64,000 nucleotides of DNA from Squalus acanthias (taxonomy: Eukaryota): NCBI GenBank assembly GCA_030390025.1, contig CM059452.1, positions 9,672,001 to 9,736,000 on the forward strand, read 5' to 3'. Both the position numbers and the translations under genes were made by a program. Below are positions 57,608-64,000 of this stretch, in pieces (positions within the stretch are counted from its first letter, which is position 1; every line of letters starts with the position of its first letter). The notes under the pieces were generated by a model. It was not told the origin of the DNA, did not search any database, and worked only from the letters and a program-made list of their open reading frames with translations.

Positions 57608-60600
57608 ACACTGTCCCATCATACACTCCCAGGGCAGGTACAGCATGGGTTAGGTACAGAGTAAAGCTCCCTCTACACTGCCCCACCAAACACTCCCAGG
57701 ACAGGGACAGCACGGGTTAGATACAGAGTAAAGCTCCCTATACACTGTCCAATCAAACACTCCCAGGGCAGGAACAGCACGAGTTAGATACAGATTAAAA
57801 CCCCCTCTACACTGTCCCATCAAACACTCCCGGGGCAGGTACAGCACTGGTTAGATACAGAGTAAAGCAACCTCTACACTGTCCCATCAAACACTCATGG
57901 GGCAGGTACAGCACAGGTTAGATGCAGAGTAAAGCTCCCTCTACACTGTCCCATCAAACACTCCCAGGGCAGGTACAGCACGGGTTGGATACAGAGTAAA
58001 TCTCCCTCTACACTGTCCCATCAAACACTGCAAGGGCAGTCACAGTACGGGTTAGAGGTAGGTTAAAGCTCCCGCCACACTGTCCCGTCAAATATTTGCA
58101 GGGCAGGTATAGCACTGGTTAGCTACATAGTAAAGCTCTCTCTACACTGTCCCATCAAACACTCCTAGAGCAGTTTTAGCACAGGTAAGATAAAGAGCAA
58201 AGCTCCCTCTACACTGTCCCAGGCCAGGTACAGCACGGGTTAGATACAGAATAAAACACCCTCTACACTGTCCCATCACTCACACCCAGGGCAGGTACAG
58301 TACGAGTTAGATACAGAATAAAACTCCCTCTACACTGTCCCATCAAACACTACCAGGGCAGGTACAGCACGGGTTAGATTCAGAGTAAAGCTCCTTTTAC
58401 ACTGTCCCATCAAGCAGTCCCAGCACAGTTACAGCACGGGTTAGATTCAGAGTAAAGCTCCCTCTACACTGTCCCATCAAACACTCCCAGGTTAGTTATA
58501 GCATGAGTTAGATACAGAGTAAAAATCCCTCTATATTGTCCCATCAAACACTCCCAGGGCAGGAATAGCACAGGTTAGATAAAGAGCAAAGCTCCCTCTA
58601 CACTGTCCCATCAAACACTCCCAGAGCTGGTACAGGCCGGGTTTGATACCGAGTATTTCTCCCTCTACACTGTCCCGTCAAACATTACCAAGGCAGGCAC
58701 AGAACGGGTCAGATATAGGCTAAATCTCCATCTACACAGTCCCAGCAATACTCTCAGGGTGGGTACAGCACGGGTTACATATAAGTAAAGCTCCTTCTAC
58801 ATTGTCACATCAAATACTCCCAGGGCAGGTACAGCACAGGTTAGATACAGAGTAAAGCTCCCTCTACACTGTCCCATCAAACACTACCAGGGCAGGTACA
58901 GCACGGGTTCGATACAGAGTAAAGCTCTCTCTACATTGTCCCCTCAAACATTCACAGGGCAGGTACAGCACGGGTTCGATACAGAGTAAAGCTCCCTCCA
59001 CACTGTCCCATCAAACGCGCCCAGTGAAGGTACAACACGGATTAGATATAGAATAAATCTCCCTCTACACTGTCCCATCACACAGTCCCAGGGCAGGTAC
59101 AGCACGGGTTAGATACAAATTAAAGCTCCCTCTACACTGTCCCATCACACAGCCCCAGGGCAGGGACAGCACGGGTTAGATACAGATTAAAGCTCCCTCT
59201 ACACTGCCCCATCACCCATAACCAGGGCAGGGACAGCTCGGGTTGGATACAGAGTAAATCTCGCTCTACACTGTCCAATCAAACACTCCCAGGGCAGTTA
59301 CAGCACGGGTTAGATACAGAGCAAATCTCCTTCTACACTTTCCCATCAAACCCTCCCAGGGTAGGTGCAGTACAGGTTAGATACAGAGAAAATCAACCTC
59401 TACGCTGTCCCATCAAACACTCCCAGGGAAGGTACTGCATGTGTTTATACAGAGGAATGCTCCCTCTAAACTGTCCCATCACCCATACCCAGGGAAACTA
59501 CAGCACGGGTTAGTTACAGTGCAAAGCTCACACTAAACTGTCCCATCAAACACTCCCAGGGCAGGTTCTGCACATGTTAGATGCAGAGTAAAGCTCCCTC
59601 TACACTGTTCCATCAAACACTCTCAGGGCAAGTACAGCATGTGTTTGATGCAGAATAAAGATTCCTCTACATTGTCGCGTCAAATACTCTCAGGACAGGT
59701 TCAGCACGGATTAGATACAGTGACAAGCTTCCTTTACACTGTCCCATCAAACACACCCAGGGCAGGTACAGCACGGGTTACAGACAGAGTAATGCTCCCT
59801 CTACACTGTCCCATCAAACACACCCAGGGCAGGTACAGCACAGATTAGATACAGAGTAATGCTCCCTCTACACTGTCCCAGCAAACGCTTCCACGGAAGG
59901 TACAGCACTGGTTAGATCCAGAATAAAGCTCCTTCGACACTGACCCATAAAACAATCCCAGGGCAGGGACAGCACGGGTTAGATACAGAGTAAATCTCGC
60001 TCTACACTTTCCCATCAACCACTCCCAGGGCAGGTGCAGTACAGGTTAGATACAGAGTAAAGCTCCATCTACACTGTCCCATCAAACACTTCCAGGGATG
60101 GTACTGCATGTGTTAGATACAGAGGATTGCTCTCTCTACACTGTCCCATCAAACATTCACTGGGCAGGTACAGCATGGGTTATATACAGGGTAAAGCTCA
60201 CACGAAACTGTCCCATCAAACACTCCCAGTGCAGTTACAGCACGGATTAGATACAGAGTAAAGCTCCCTCTAAACTGTCCCATCAAAAACTCTCAGTGCA
60301 GGCACCGCATGGGTTACATGCAGAGTAAAGCTCCCTCTACACTCTCCCATCACACAGTCCCAGGGCAGGGATAGCACGGGTTAGCTACAGAGTAAAGCAC
60401 CCTCGAAACTGTCCCATCAAAAACACTCAGGGCAGGCACTGGAAGGGTTTTATACAGAGTAAAGCTTCCTCTACACTGTCCCATCAAAAACTCCCACGAA
60501 AGGTACAGCACGGTTTAGATACAGAGTAAAGAACCTCTACACTGTCCCATCAATCACTTCACCTGAGGAAGGAGCGATAGTTCCGAAAGCTTGTGATTTC

Positions 60601-61023
60601 AAATAAAACTGTTGGACTATAACCTGGTGTTGTGCGACCTCTCAATTTTGTCCACCCCAGTCCAACACCGGCATCTCCGCATCATGACCATCAAACACTC
60701 CCAGGGCAGGTACAGCGCGGATTAGATACAAAGTAAAGCTTCCTTTACACTGTCCCATCAAACACTCCCAGGGCAGGTACAGCGCGGATTAGATACAGAG
60801 TAAAGCTTCCTTTACAATGTCCCATCAAACACTACCAGGGCAGGTACAGCACTGGTTAGATACAGAATAAAGCTCCCTCAACACTGTCCCATCACACATT
60901 CCCAGGGCAGGGACGGCAAAGGTTAGATACAGAGTAAAGCTCCCTCTACACTTTTGCATCAAACACTCCCAGTGCAGATACAGGGTAAAGCTCCCTCTAC
61001 AGTGTCCCATCAAACATTCCCAG
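57608..61023. repeat. 67-bp satellite array, diverged units
   Basis: Same unit as 42340-43610. Confidence 0.95.
60554..60687 (+). mobile_element. Solo Penelope pLTR-end fragment with hammerhead (60559-60596), inserted in the satellite
   Basis: Essentially identical to the reverse complement of 46842-46970; flanked by ccatcaa at 60547-60553 and 60688-60694. Confidence 0.88.
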
Positions 61024-61904
61024 TTTATCTAATGTATAGGTTACATTTTATATTAAAGCTCCCTCTGCGCACTCCAATCAATTTGGTTCGAGGCCTATGA
61101 ATAGGGCTGAGGGAAAACTTTTGTAAGAAATTGACATCTTGTTTTGGGGTAACGACAATGATCCATTCTTGAGAGGCAAGACAGAAGGCGGAAATAGGAG
61201 AGAGAGGCAGAGAGGGAGAGGATACAGGAAATTTCCACACACACATTTGTGATGTCACTATGTACGCTGACTTGTGGGAATCTTTCCCCATTCTGAACAT
61301 GGATATCATCTTTACTTTATTCTCCTATAACTTAGAGAAATGTCTCAAAAACAATTGTTGCTGGAATCCGTTGAGACATTTGCATTTCTCTCTTTATTTC
61401 TGTTCTGTGTTGGTGGGGAAACATTTATTGTGTTTCTGTCGCTCAATATTCTAATCTGGGACTTCTATTTCTGTGTTTATTTACATAAACGCCTCACTGG
61501 TTTCCATGAAGTGTTCATGGCAGCAAAACCAGATCAACAAAGTCACTTATTGATTCGTTTCAACTCACAACAAGGGTTTATTTTAAGAATATTGACAGTT
61601 GGTAAAGAATGAATAGAAATATCTCCAACAGTGACATTGGATTCAGTTTTGTTCAATTAGAACAGATGTGATTTATAACAAAGGAAAAAATATTAAAATT
61701 AATAATTCAGTTCTGAAAGTTCTGCTGCTGAAATCAATGGGACATCTGTGAACAGGCTGGTGTTCCACTGGATGTCCATTTAGTGGAAGCTTCAACACAT
61801 TGAAACTAAACAAGTTAAAACAGTGAGCAGAGGAGTGTCCTACAATCGCAGTAATGTCTGAGCTTTTAACATATCGCAACTGGGATTTTAAAATGTTGTC
61901 ATTT

Positions 61905-62365
61905 AGAAAGAACTTGCATTTATGTAGCGCCTTTCACTGCCTCAGGACATCCCAAAGTTCTTTACAGACAATGAAGAACTTTGGAAATACAGTCACTGTT
62001 GTAAAGTAGGAAATGCTGCAGCCAATTTGCGCACAGCAAGATCCCACAAACAGCAAGGCGATATTGACCAAAATATCTGTGTTTAGTGATTTTGGTTGAG
62101 GGATAAATATTAACCAGGACACCAGGGCGAACTCCCCTGCTCTTCTTTAAAATAGTGCCATAGGATCTTTTATATTCACTTGAGAGGACAGATGGAGTCT
62201 CGGTTTAACGTCTCATCCAAAAGGTGGCTCCTCCGACAGTGCAGCACTCCCTCAGCACTGCACTGGTAGTGTCGGCCTAGATTATGGGCTCAAGCCTCTG
62301 GTGTGGGCTTGAACCAATGAAGTTCTAACTCAGAGACAAGAGTGATCCCACTGAGCCGAGGCTGT
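61905..62365 (-). mobile_element. tRNA-derived SINE
   Basis: Reverse complement has a B box (ggttcaagccc), the conserved core and a gcgctacataaatgcaagttcttt 3' end. Confidence 0.78.
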
Positions 62366-62709
62366 AAACATATCACAGCTTGTATTTTAAAATGTTGCCA
62401 TTTAGCTCAGTGTGTCTAAAGTTCAGGGCCTGAGCCCAGTCTTACACCGATCCGTTTAATTGTCAGGGCCTGGTTCTATTATCTTGCCTGGGATGTTATT
62501 CCCACACTGTTGTAACGGTGCATGGAATTTCCACTGGATCCATATAAAAGTGACAGCAATTCCGCAAAGGAACATCTGGAAGTGCCCGAGGGAGAAGGGT
62601 AGAGTGATAAATATTCAGCAACATATCAGGGCGAACTCCACTGCTGTTATAGCGTCATAGAGTCATACAGTCATAAGGTCACAGAAGGTGGCCATTCGGC
62701 CCATCAAGT

Positions 62710-64000
62710 CCCTCTACACTCTCCCATCCAACACTCCCAGGGCAGGTACAGCACGGATTAAATACGGAGTGATGCTCCCTCTACAGTGTAAGATCAAACA
62801 CTCCCAGTTCAGGTCCAGCACTGATTAGATATAGAATAAAGCTCTCCCTAGACTGTCCAAACACAAACACCCAGGGCAGGGACAGCATGGGTTAGATACA
62901 GAGTAAAGCTCCCTCTACACTGTTCCATCAAACACTCCCAGTGTAGGTAAAGTACAGGTTGATACAGAATAAAGCTCCCTCTACACTGTCCCAAAAAACA
63001 ATCCCAGGTCAGGTACTGCAAGGGTTAGATACAGAGTAAAGCTCCCTCTACACTGTCCCAAAAAACACTGCCAGGGCAGGCACAGCACGGGTTAGACACA
63101 GAGTAAAGCTCCCTCTACACTGTCCCATTAAACACTCCCAAGGAAGGTAGAGAACGGGTTTGGTATAAAGTAAAGCTCCCTCTGCACTTCCCCATCAAAC
63201 ACTCCCAGGGCAGGTACAGCACGGGTTAGATACAGAGTAAAGCTCCCTCTACACTGTCCAATCAAACACTCCCAGGGCAGGAATATCACTGGTTAGATAC
63301 GAATTAAAGCTCCCTCTACACTGCCCCATCAAACACAACCAGGACAGGTACAGCACTGGTTAAATATAAAATAAAGCTCCCTCAGCACTGTCCCATCAAA
63401 CACTCCCAGGGCAGCTACATCACGCGTTAGATACAGAGTAAAGCTCCCTCCATACTGTCCCATCAAACACTCCCAGGACCGGTATAGCACGGTTAAATAC
63501 AGAACAAATCTCCCTCTACACTGCCCCATCAAACACTCCCAAGGCAGGTACAGCATAGGTTAGATATAGAGTAAAGCTTCCTCTGCACTGTCCAATCAAA
63601 CACTCCCAGGGCAGGTACAGCACGGGTTAGATACAAAGTAAAGCTCCGTCTGCATTGTCCCATCAATGTCTCCCAAGGCAGGTACAGCACGGGATAGTGA
63701 CAGATTTAAGCTCCCTCTACACTGTCCGGTCAAACACTCCCAGGCCAGGTACAGCACGTGTTAGATACAGATTAAAGCTCCCTCTACACTGTCCATCAAA
63801 CACTCCCAGGGCACGTGCAGCACGGGTTAGACACAGAATAAAGCTCCCTCTGCACTGTCCCATTAAACACTCCCAAGGAAGGTAGAGAACGGGTTTGGTA
63901 TAAAGTAAAGCTCCCTCTGCACTTTCCCATCAAACACTCCCACGGCAGGTACAGCACTAGTTAGATACGAATTAAAGCTCCCTCTACACTGTCCAATCAA
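62710..64000. repeat. 67-bp satellite array, running off the window
   Basis: Same unit as 42340-43610. Confidence 0.95.

Overview
Cartilaginous-fish (shark-type) genomic DNA in which two antigen-receptor systems are physically joined. 0-27.4 kb is an array of T-cell receptor alpha/delta-type V segments in mixed orientations: about 6 with intact leader+V+RSS, 1 with an intact V exon but a doubtful start, plus about 6 pseudogenes, partial genes or relics and orphan leader/promoter fragments. The array is interleaved with CR1 LINEs, CTCF-like motifs and one 196-N gap. 30.5-50.4 kb (minus strand) is a complete, apparently functional IgM heavy-chain cluster: L-VH-D1(12/22)-D2(12/12)-JH-Cmu1-Cmu2-Cmu3-Cmu4+secretory tail-TM1-TM2, with all splice phases and RSSs intact. 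Its 3' end faces the TCR V array. The JH-Cmu intron holds a young Penelope-like element (GIY-YIG, 12-bp TSD, ~520-bp near-perfect inverted repeat, minimal hammerhead ribozymes) and a 67-bp satellite. 50.6-64 kb is mostly satellite and repeat. No TCR D, J or C is in the window, so alpha versus delta usage cannot be assigned. All coordinates were read by eye; repeat boundaries are approximate.
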